Part shown: positions 1 to 7,297 of the stretch, in pieces | How the letters are laid out: each line of letters begins with the position of its first letter | Position numbering within the stretch: the stretch's first letter is position 1 | Assembly: GCA_039683095.1 (NCBI GenBank) | Contig: JBDKSB010000012.1 | Location: 929,846-993,845 of the forward strand | Length of the DNA: 64,000 bases | Direction: 5' to 3' | From: Acidobacteriota bacterium | GTDB lineage: Bacteria; Acidobacteriota; Aminicenantia; Aminicenantales; Saccharicenantaceae | Translations under genes and position numbers: made by a program | The notes under the pieces: model-generated | Told to the model about the DNA's origin: nothing | Seen by the model: only the letters and a program-made list of their open reading frames with translations | Databases searched by the model: none

Positions 1-740
1 GCCGGGCCCGTCCTCGTTGTATTGGCCGTCATGGTCGTTGTCGAGGCCTTCGGCATAGACCTTCCAGAGGCCCTTCTCTCCTTTGACGCCGTCCGCCTGC
101 TTCATCAGGCGCGGCTCGCCCGTGACGGCCGTCCACGTGCCCTCGGGGTCCTTGACCCGCATCTGGGTGATCAGGCCGTCGCCGTCGAGGTCGTCGGGGC
201 CGTCCTCGTCGGTCGCGTCGTCCTGGTCGTCGTTCATCGGGCGGCCGTTGCGGGCGTCGCGGAGCTGGGGCTTGGCGAAATAGCGGGCCGCCGCGTCGGG
301 GTTGCCGCAGGCCAGGATGTACCAGGTCCGGTCGGCGCGCAGGTCGGCTTTGGCGCAGACCGACTTGGCCAGCCAGAGCCCGGCCTCGGCGGCGATCGGC
401 ACCGTGCCGTCCATGTCGGCCGCGACGAAGACGGCCGGCAGGGCCTTGGCGGCTTTGGCCGTTTCAGGTCCGACCTCGAGCAGGACGAGGTCGCGTCCGC
501 CCGGGCTTTTGGCCAGGACATAGGCCTTGGCAAATGACGGGTTCGCCCGGGCCAGGTCCTGGAGGGCGGCGGCGATCTCCTCCGGCCGGTGGTAGCGGTC
601 GAAGGCCGGCGCGGGGGCCGGGGCCTGGGGGCTGTCCCCGGTGGGAACGGCCCCTCCCGGGCTCGCGGCCGAAAGAGGCGCCAGGGCGAAACAGACGAGG
701 GCCAGAACGGTTAGGGCGGGGAAGCGGCGAAGGCTCACGT
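1..740 (-). CDS. Secreted protein, 3'-truncated by the window edge. The N-terminus resembles a peptidase M14 N-domain and is followed by Asp-rich Ca-binding-like repeats.
   Basis: Not in the ORF track because it runs off the edge. GTG at 738-740 is preceded by GGAGG 9 nt upstream. Signal peptide VSLRRFPALTVLALVCFALAPLSAAS. Motif FDRYHRPEEIAAALQDLARANPSF...GGRDLVLLEV matches the N-terminal pattern of the M14 protein at 36451-39372. DxDGDG-type Asp-rich stretches. No HxxE zinc motif is seen in the visible part. The sigmaW-like promoter at 826-852 lies upstream. Confidence 0.45.
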
Positions 741-825
741 GATGGTACCTCCGTTGAAGAGGATCAGTCCGACATTCTCGCAAAACGTCCGGGTCAAATC
801 AACGCGGACGTCGACTTCTTATTTA

Positions 826-852
826 GATACGCGGATCAGGCGGCAATGGTTC
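826..852 (-). promoter_or_regulatory. ECF-type promoter TTGAACC-N16-CGTATC (minus strand) upstream of the 1-740 gene
   Basis: Minus strand reads GAACC (852-848), a 16 nt spacer, then CGTATC (831-826). The architecture is identical to the promoter at 3123-3149. It matches the B. subtilis sigmaW-type consensus TGAAAC-N16-CGTA. Confidence 0.55.
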
Positions 853-892
853 AAAAAATTGAAGAATTGCGGCAGATCCGGAGCGGGGGCCG

Positions 893-1465
893 CTAGAGGT
901 TCTGGCCCGGCACCTTGCGCTCGATCTTGACGTTCAGGCGGTTTCCCAGGTAGTCGGCGGCCGAAGCGACGAGTTGCTCCAGGGCCCGGCGTTCTTTATC
1001 GAGCGGCGACTCCGTCTCGTTCAGGACACGTCGGATATCCCTGGGGGCGGACGCCAGCTGCCGGAAGGCCGCCCGGGCAGCCTCGGGGTTCCGAGCGGGA
1101 CCCCCGGGCTCCCTGCGAGCCACTAGGAAGACGACGATCCCGGCCGCGACAAGGACCAGGGCGGCCGCCGCGGCCGGCAGCGGGCGAAGGAAGCGGAAGC
1201 GACGCGCCCGGTCCTCTCCCGATCCGCCGGCCCGGCGCCCCGGCCCGGCCGGTTCCAGGTCGAGGGCGCGGCCCGCGGGGAATTCCGGGGCTTCAGCCAG
1301 CCAGGCGGCCCGCTCCGTGCGGAGCCGCGAAGCAAGCGACGCGGACCGCCGGGCGAATTCGCCGCAGGCGGCGCAGCCGCGGACATGGCTCGCGACCCAG
1401 CGAGGCGGCTTTTTCCCGGTGTCCTCCGCCCTCGAGATCATCCAGCGGCTGAGCGCGCATACCAT
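893..1465 (-). CDS. Anti-sigma factor, zinc-finger type with one transmembrane helix
   Basis: Immediately downstream of the ECF sigma gene. Start at ATG 1465 (MVCALSRW; alternative 1441) overlaps or abuts the sigma stop. Has HVRGCAACGEF CxxC and a hydrophobic segment ALVLVAAGIVVFLV. The first ~67 codons of the ORF-track version (893-1666) are Arg/Gly-rich overlap with the sigma gene and were discarded. Confidence 0.6.
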   Translation of the reverse strand: MVCALSRWMISRAEDTGKKPPRWVASHVRGCAACGEFARRSASLASRLRTERAAWLAEAPEFPAGRALDLEPAGPGRRAGGSGEDRARRFRFLRPLPAAAAALVLVAAGIVVFLVARREPGGPARNPEAARAAFRQLASAPRDIRRVLNETESPLDKERRALEQLVASAADYLGNRLNVKIERKVPGQNL

Positions 1466-1482
1466 CGCCCTTCTCCTTTCCC

Positions 1483-2106
1483 TCAACTCCGGGCCGCCGC
1501 GCGCGGCGCCCCGGTCCTCGGCCGCGCGGCCGCGCCCGCTTCCGGTCCGAGACGGCCGGCCAGGGACGTCCGGGCCCGGTGCAGGAGCACACGGACGGCC
1601 AGCGGAGACCGGCCGATCACGGCCGCGATTTCGGCGATGCTCATGTCCTCGCCGTAGCGCAGCCACAGCGCCCGGAAGCGGTCCCCGCCGAGGGCCCGGG
1701 CCGCGTCCCAGGCGCCCGAGGCCCCCGCCGCGCCGCCCGCGTCTTCTGTCTTCGCGGCCTGGTCGGCGGCGTCCTCGATCCTCGCCCCGGCCAGCCGCCC
1801 GCGCGCCGCCGCTTTCTTACGATAGGCGTCGATGGCCAGCCGGCCGGCCGAGGTGTAGAGCCAGGTCGAGAACCGGAAGGCCGGGTCGTACGCGGCGATG
1901 TTCCGGTAGAGCTTGAGGAACGTGTCCTGGACCAGGTCCTCGGCGTCCTCGTCGCTCCCGGCCCGGGCGCGCACATAGACGAAGAGCCGGCGCCTGTAGC
2001 GGCAGGCCAGCTCCTCGAAAGACCGGCGCGAGCCAGCCCGCGCCTCGCGGCCCAGCTCTTCGTCGGTCTTCCCGCTTATCGGATCGTAATCGGCCATGCT
2101 CTCCAC
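1483..2106 (-). CDS. ECF RNA polymerase sigma-70 factor (sigma-24 family)
   Basis: Region 2 motif EDLVQDTFLKLYRNIAAYDP and region 4 SIAEIAAVIGRSPLAVRVLLHRAR, at ~200 aa. Confidence 0.9.
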   Translation of the reverse strand: MESMADYDPISGKTDEELGREARAGSRRSFEELACRYRRRLFVYVRARAGSDEDAEDLVQDTFLKLYRNIAAYDPAFRFSTWLYTSAGRLAIDAYRKKAAARGRLAGARIEDAADQAAKTEDAGGAAGASGAWDAARALGGDRFRALWLRYGEDMSIAEIAAVIGRSPLAVRVLLHRARTSLAGRLGPEAGAAARPRTGAPRAAARS

Positions 2107-2149
2107 GGGGCCCCGGCCGTCCGGGGCCCGCTCATCCCTCGTTCAGGGC

Positions 2150-3085
2150 TCAGTCGAGGAAGCCGTGGAGGCCGTGTCCCTTCGAAAGAAGGTCCGCGAT
2201 CTCCCGCGACGGCCGCTCGAACTCGATCTTGAAGACCTTGCCGTTCACGTCGAACCTGATCCCCTCGAGGAGCGAGGCGATCTTCGCCGCGCTCTCCTGA
2301 TCCTCGCTCAGCCTGGCCATGGCCATCAGTCCCTGGGCCACGTCGGCCATGTTCCTGGCGCTCTCGGGCGAGTCGGCCGTGACCTGGAGCCGGACCTGGA
2401 GGATGTCCTTCTTCTCCTGGGCCAGGAAGAACAGGCCCGTGGCCTTCTCCAGGACCTTGGACCGGCCGATCTCCCGGCCCAGCCCGCCGAGGTCCGGCAG
2501 CACGCCGCTGACGAAGGCCGTCGCGGGGACATCCTTGAGCGCCGCGCTCAAGGCGGTCCCGGCGTAATTCTTGGCCTTGCCGGAGGCCGCGTCGAGCGCC
2601 TTCTCGAGGCCCTCGGCGCTCTCGGAGAGCACGACGAGCCCGTCGTTGACGAAGGCGCCGAACCTGTCATGGCCGGCCGAGTAGATCGTGAAGGACCCGT
2701 AGGCGGTCTCCTTGTTATTCGTGTCCGCCGCGATCATGGCCAGGATCCTCTTTTTATCGAACTTCCCGGCGACCGCGACGACGGTGGCCCCGTTCTTCCC
2801 AGAGGCCTGGGGCAGCTCGATCCCGAAAAGGGTCACCCCGGTGACATCCTTGGTCAGGTCCATCTGGAGCCAGTCATTGACCTTCCGGCTCTTGACCTCG
2901 AAGGCGCCGCTCTTCTCGAGGCAGCCGTAGAGGCTGGTGGCGACGAACTTCTGCATGTCCAGGTGGACGACCCACTTGGCGCCCTCGGGGACGACCGACG
3001 CGGGGACGGTCCCGGGGAAGGCCGGGACAACAAAGAACAGGGCGATGGCAAGCAGGGCCGCGATCAGCGAAGCCATTTTCTTCAT
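2150..3085 (-). CDS. Secreted protein of unknown function, first gene of the ECF operon
   Basis: Start re-assigned to MKKMASLIAALLAIALFFVVPAFP (ATG 3085), a clean signal peptide. The ORF-track start at 3151 adds a junk leader. It is followed 44 bp later by the sigma gene. Confidence 0.6.
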   Translation of the reverse strand: MKKMASLIAALLAIALFFVVPAFPGTVPASVVPEGAKWVVHLDMQKFVATSLYGCLEKSGAFEVKSRKVNDWLQMDLTKDVTGVTLFGIELPQASGKNGATVVAVAGKFDKKRILAMIAADTNNKETAYGSFTIYSAGHDRFGAFVNDGLVVLSESAEGLEKALDAASGKAKNYAGTALSAALKDVPATAFVSGVLPDLGGLGREIGRSKVLEKATGLFFLAQEKKDILQVRLQVTADSPESARNMADVAQGLMAMARLSEDQESAAKIASLLEGIRFDVNGKVFKIEFERPSREIADLLSKGHGLHGFLD

Positions 3086-3122
3086 CGTTCTTGCTCCTCT
3101 CTGAATGATCTGTCCGCCCTGT

Positions 3123-3149
3123 GATACGCGCCGGGCGCCCGGTTGTTTC
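3123..3149 (-). promoter_or_regulatory. ECF-type autoregulatory promoter TGAAAC-N16-CGTATC (minus strand)
   Basis: Minus strand reads GTGAAAC (3149-3145), a 16 nt spacer, then CGTATC (3128-3123), 38 nt upstream of ATG 3085. This is an exact sigmaW-type consensus. Confidence 0.6.
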
Positions 3150-3192
3150 ACTTCCCGCCGCTAAAGATCGAAGCGGCGAGGATCATCGCCCG

Positions 3193-4671
3193 TCAAACCG
3201 CGCGGGCTTTGCGCACGGCGGCCTGCCAGCCCGCGTAGAGCTTATCGGCCTGGGCGCGGGTCATGGCCGGGATGAACTTGCGCTCGTCGACGGCCAGGCG
3301 CTCGATGGCCGCGGTCGAGTCCCATAGCCCGGCGCCCAGCCCCGCCAGCCAGGCGGCTCCGAGCGAGGTCGTTTCCACGGCCTTGGGCCGGACGACCGGG
3401 AGGCCGAGGACGTCGGCCTGGAACCGGCAGAGGAAGTCGTTGGCCGAGGCGCCGCCGTCCACCCGAAGCTCGCGCACCCGCAGCCCAGATTCCTTGCGCA
3501 TGGTCTCCAGGACATCCCGGGTCGAGTAAGCCATGGCTTCGAGGGCCGCCCGGACGAGATGATCGCGGTTGGCGCCGCGCGTCAGCCCGACGATCGTGCC
3601 CCGGGCCTCGGAGTCCCAGTAGGGCGCGCCGAGCCCGACGAAGGCCGGGACGAAGTAAACGCCCGCGCTGTCCGCGACCGACGCGGCGGCGGCCTCCGAC
3701 TCGGCCGCCGTGCCGATCAGGCCGAGCTGGTCGCGCAGCCACTGGACGGCCGCCCCGGCCACGAACACCGATCCCTCGAGGGCGTAGGCGGCCTTGCCGC
3801 CGGGGCCGCAGGCGACGGTCGTGATCAGGCCGTGCTTGGACTCGACGGCCTCCCGCCCGGTGTTGAGCAGGATGAAAGAGCCGGTGCCGTAGGTGTTCTT
3901 GATCGCGCCCGGCCGGAATCCGGCCTGGCCGAAAAGGGCCGCCTGCTGGTCGCCGGCGATGCCCATGACCGGGATGCCCGCCGGGAGACGGCCCAGGCGG
4001 ACCGTTCGTCCGAACTCGCCCGACGACGGAAGGACGCGCGGCAGGAGGGCGGCCGGGACGCCGAAGAGATCTAGCAGGTCCGCGTCCCAGTCGAGCCGGC
4101 GGATGTTGAAGAGCATGGTCCGCGAGGCGTTGGTCGGGTCGGTGGCGTGGCTGGCCCCGCCGGTCAGCTTCCACAGGGTCCAGGAGTCCGTGGTGCCGAA
4201 GGCCAGCCGTCCCCGCCGGGCCCGCTCGCGAAGGCCGCCGCGGTCGAGGATCCACTCCGCCTTGGTCGCCGAGAAGTAGGCGTCGATCGGCAGGCCGGTC
4301 CTTTTCCGGATGAGCCGGCTCATCCCCGGCCTGGCAGCCAGCTCGCGGCAGCGGCCGGCGGTCCGGCGGCACTGCCAGACGATGGCCTTGGCCACGGGCC
4401 GCCCCGACCGCCGGTCCCAGACGACGGTCGTCTCGCGCTGGTTGGTGACGCCCACCGCGGCGATCGAACGTCCGGGAACGCTTTCGAGAACCCTCTGGAC
4501 CGTCCGGAAGACGCTCCGCCAGATCTCCTCCGGGTCGTGCTCGACCCAGCCGGGCTTGGGAAAATACTGCGGGAACTCCTCGTAGGCCGAGGCGACGGCC
4601 CGGCCGCGCTTGTCGAAGACGATGGCCCGGCTGCCGGTCGTGCCCTGATCGATGGCCAGGACGTGGCTCAT
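3193..4671 (-). CDS. glpK: Glycerol kinase
   Basis: Full-length FGGY kinase. Starts MSHVLAIDQGTTGSRAIVFD and carries GTGSFILLNTG and other GlpK signatures, at 492 aa. Confidence 0.95.
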   Translation of the reverse strand: MSHVLAIDQGTTGSRAIVFDKRGRAVASAYEEFPQYFPKPGWVEHDPEEIWRSVFRTVQRVLESVPGRSIAAVGVTNQRETTVVWDRRSGRPVAKAIVWQCRRTAGRCRELAARPGMSRLIRKRTGLPIDAYFSATKAEWILDRGGLRERARRGRLAFGTTDSWTLWKLTGGASHATDPTNASRTMLFNIRRLDWDADLLDLFGVPAALLPRVLPSSGEFGRTVRLGRLPAGIPVMGIAGDQQAALFGQAGFRPGAIKNTYGTGSFILLNTGREAVESKHGLITTVACGPGGKAAYALEGSVFVAGAAVQWLRDQLGLIGTAAESEAAAASVADSAGVYFVPAFVGLGAPYWDSEARGTIVGLTRGANRDHLVRAALEAMAYSTRDVLETMRKESGLRVRELRVDGGASANDFLCRFQADVLGLPVVRPKAVETTSLGAAWLAGLGAGLWDSTAAIERLAVDERKFIPAMTRAQADKLYAGWQAAVRKARAV

Positions 4672-4672
4672 G

Positions 4673-5515
4673 TCAGGCCCTCGTCCCGGTCCAATCTAGG
4701 ATGTCGGCAAAGACCTTGTCGCGGCCGAGGTCGATGTAGAGCGCGTGGAACATGTCCGGATACTCGATGAGCGTCTTGTCGGCCGCGGCCAGCCGGGCGA
4801 AGATGCGGCGGGCGGCCCTCTCGTCGACGAGACGATCGACGCCGGGGACGAGGAAGAGCGCCGGCGCCGCGAACGTCCGGGCCAGGCGCCCCGCCCGGGC
4901 CTGGACTGGAAGGAAGCCGCGCATGAGCCCGAGGCTGGCGACCCGCAGCTCGTCCGGGCTTTCGTTCATGACCGCCGCATAATCCGGATCGCGCGTCGCC
5001 ATCTCCGAGGTGAACGGCAGATCGACCATGGATTTCGGATGGAACGGCGTGACCAGGGCGACCTTGACATAAGCGCCCGGGGGGAACTTCATCCCGTTCT
5101 TGAAGGCCGGCGCCATGAGGACCGCGCCGGCGAACAGGCCGGGCCGGCGGCCGGCCAGGTCGTAGGCGATGAGTCCGCCCATGCTCTCGCCGGCGAGGAA
5201 GACCTTTTTCCCCGGAAAGTCCCGCCCGATCGCCTCCCTCAGGGCCAGGAGGTCCCGGTGCCAGACCTCGAAGGAAGCGACGTGGCCGCGCGGCCGCTCG
5301 GGCGTCCGGCCGAAGCCGCGGAGTTCTATGGCGTACGAAGCATAGCCGCGCCCGGCCGCGGCGCGGGCGAAAAAATCCCAGCGGCCCGAGTGGGCGCCCA
5401 GCCCGTGGACAAGGAGAAAGACGGCCTTGGGCGGGACCGGGCCGGCAACTGCGGACGGCGATGGCTCGGCATCCCAGCGGCGGAACAGGAGATCGGTCCC
5501 TTGGAGGCCGCTCAT
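4673..5515 (-). CDS. Alpha/beta hydrolase (lysophospholipase or monoacylglycerol lipase-like)
   Basis: HGLGAHSGRW oxyanion region and GESMGG nucleophile elbow. It sits 1 nt from glpK, so the two are co-transcribed. Confidence 0.85.
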   Translation of the reverse strand: MSGLQGTDLLFRRWDAEPSPSAVAGPVPPKAVFLLVHGLGAHSGRWDFFARAAAGRGYASYAIELRGFGRTPERPRGHVASFEVWHRDLLALREAIGRDFPGKKVFLAGESMGGLIAYDLAGRRPGLFAGAVLMAPAFKNGMKFPPGAYVKVALVTPFHPKSMVDLPFTSEMATRDPDYAAVMNESPDELRVASLGLMRGFLPVQARAGRLARTFAAPALFLVPGVDRLVDERAARRIFARLAAADKTLIEYPDMFHALYIDLGRDKVFADILDWTGTRA

Positions 5516-5522
5516 GGCCGGA

Positions 5523-5531
5523 TTATAGCAA
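5523..5531 (-). promoter_or_regulatory. Extended -10 (TGCTATAAT) about 7 nt upstream of the hydrolase ATG; leaderless-type promoter
   Basis: Minus strand reads ggctTTGCTATAATccggccATG. There is no SD between the -10 and the ATG. Confidence 0.4.
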
Positions 5532-5609
5532 AGCCCCGCCCGGCGTGTCTTGCGCCGCCCGGTGCTTCTTTGTTATGATAAGGCCGTAAATCCGGAACAA
5601 GGAGGTCTG

Positions 5610-5810
5610 GTGGGTAGAGGAAACAGAGCTTTCAAGAGCGAAAAACGGTCCAAAGAGCTGAGAAGACTGAAGAAACAGGAAGAGAAGCGGTTGCGGCGCC
5701 TGGGCAAGATCGCCAATCCCGAGGGTGAGCCCGAGGTCTTTTCGCCCGACGAGGCGCCGGCCGCCCCGCCCAATCCGGACGCCCCCGAGCCCGAGCGGGA
5801 AGAGTCCTGA
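5610..5810 (+). CDS. Small hypothetical protein (~66 aa) with a basic Lys/Arg-rich N-half and an acidic Pro-rich C-half
   Basis: GTG 5610 is in frame with ORF 5550-5810 and is preceded by a perfect AAGGAGG at 5599-5605. The ORF-track TTG start at 5550 has no SD. Confidence 0.5.
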   Translation: MGRGNRAFKSEKRSKELRRLKKQEEKRLRRLGKIANPEGEPEVFSPDEAPAAPPNPDAPEPEREES

Positions 5811-5902
5811 GGCCGTCCGCGAACGGCATTTTCTCCTTTCATTCCGGCCGGGATCCCCGAGGGGGACGCCACCCGCGGCCGGATCGAACCCGGAAGGGTC
5901 CA

Positions 5903-7297
5903 ATGAAGCCCAACGCTCGTTCCGGCGGACGGGTCTGTCCGGCGATCGTGTCGATGCTCGCCGCCGCGGCGGCCGTCGCCGCGGCAGGGGGCGCGGCAGG
6001 CCGCGAACGGATCCTGTTCAAGGCCCTGCCTCCGGCCGACCCGGCCAGGCGGATCATCCAGGCCGTTCTCGACTCGAGGTTCTACTCCATGCGCGACGGT
6101 TTCCCCGCGGCGGCATGGAGGGACCTCGGCTTCGGCGGCGCGTGGGAGCGGGCCCGGCGCTATTTCCCGGCCAGCGCCTATCTCGTCCGGCCGGGCTCCT
6201 ACTTCATGACCCACGGCTTCGACGCTGATGGCCGGCTGTTCATGGAGATCCACGAATCGGCCTACCTGGCCCTCTGCGTCGAGAACTTGCGGACGTTCAC
6301 GCCGGCCGCGATCGTCGGGGATTACGGCCGCATGCTGGCCGCGGCGAACGGCCGCGAAGCCGCGGCCTTCCGGGAGAAGCTGGGCCGGCTCGAGGCCTTT
6401 TTCCGGGACGAACCGGCTCATCGAGCGCTCCGAAAGACCCTGGGCGAGGATCTCTATCTGCGGCTGCTCAGGGAGCTGCGCGAGGAGGATTACCACATGC
6501 TCGCCGGCGGACTGATGCATGAGGGCATGCACGCCGGGCTGGACGACGCCGTGGTCGGCCGGCTCCAGGCCGGGTTCAGCGCCGGCCGCGGAACCGTCGA
6601 GTGGGACGAGCTGAGAGCCTTCATGGCCGAGATCGCCTGCCACCGGCCCTTCTGCGCCTGGGCCGCGGGCGATATCGCCGGCGCGTGGCGGCGGATCGAA
6701 GACCGGCTCGGCGAGCTCGAAGGCCTGCGGAAGAGACGGGGCCTGCCGGCGGGAGCCGGGCTGGCCCGTTTCGAGAAGGCCAGGGCCGGCGCCTGGACCG
6801 GGGCCGCCCTGATCCGGCTCCGGATGCGCGAGATCTGGCAGTCCGCCGGGCGCGGCCGGGACCTGGCCGCCGCGTTCCAAAAGGACTACGTCCAGGGGGA
6901 CATTCCCGCCGATATCGGGAACCTCCTGGCCAAGCTCGACCGCGACGCGGCCGGCTTCGCGGCCTCGGCCGGCGAAGCCATCCGGGCGACCGAGGTCGCG
7001 GTCCGTTCGCTCGAGGAGGTCCTGGATGCCTGGGGAGCCTGGGCCTCCGGACGCCGCCCTTATCCTCCCCCGGTCACGGACTCCCAGGCCGTTCTCAAAC
7101 AGGTCAGCGAGATACGCTGGCCGGAACCCGATGCCGGCGCGGCGGCCGCCCTCATGAAACGGGCCGGAGAAGAGCTGTCTAGGGAGAAGGCGTCCTGGTC
7201 AGGAGGCCTTCGACTCCCCACTTTCTCTCCGCGGCCAGGAAGCGGACGGGCTTCTTCGGCGGCACGAACGACATGGCCCGCTCGGCGAAGGCCGTGA
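5903..7297 (+). CDS. Hypothetical secreted or membrane-anchored protein with an HExxH motif (putative metallopeptidase-like)
   Basis: N-terminal hydrophobic segment PAIVSMLAAAAAVAAAGG, then LMHEGMHAG. The last ~40 codons overlap the convergent GMC gene and are low complexity, so the true 3' end is uncertain. Confidence 0.5.
   Translation: MKPNARSGGRVCPAIVSMLAAAAAVAAAGGAAGRERILFKALPPADPARRIIQAVLDSRFYSMRDGFPAAAWRDLGFGGAWERARRYFPASAYLVRPGSYFMTHGFDADGRLFMEIHESAYLALCVENLRTFTPAAIVGDYGRMLAAANGREAAAFREKLGRLEAFFRDEPAHRALRKTLGEDLYLRLLRELREEDYHMLAGGLMHEGMHAGLDDAVVGRLQAGFSAGRGTVEWDELRAFMAEIACHRPFCAWAAGDIAGAWRRIEDRLGELEGLRKRRGLPAGAGLARFEKARAGAWTGAALIRLRMREIWQSAGRGRDLAAAFQKDYVQGDIPADIGNLLAKLDRDAAGFAASAGEAIRATEVAVRSLEEVLDAWGAWASGRRPYPPPVTDSQAVLKQVSEIRWPEPDAGAAAALMKRAGEELSREKASWSGGLRLPTFSPRPGSGRASSAARTTWPARRRP

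Noticed and set aside
22-537. ORF-track ORFs 22-537(+) and 234-533(-) at the window start
   Set aside because: Low-complexity Ala/Gly/Val/Arg-rich translations typical of off-frame high-GC DNA. A third frame on the minus strand (1-740) has a GTG start with GGAGG, a signal peptide and a peptidase-like motif, and I take that as the real gene.
5573-6880. 435-aa minus-strand ORF antisense to the HExxH gene
   Set aside because: Pro/Gly/Arg-rich with no SD. The plus-strand frame has coherent composition and a start context.
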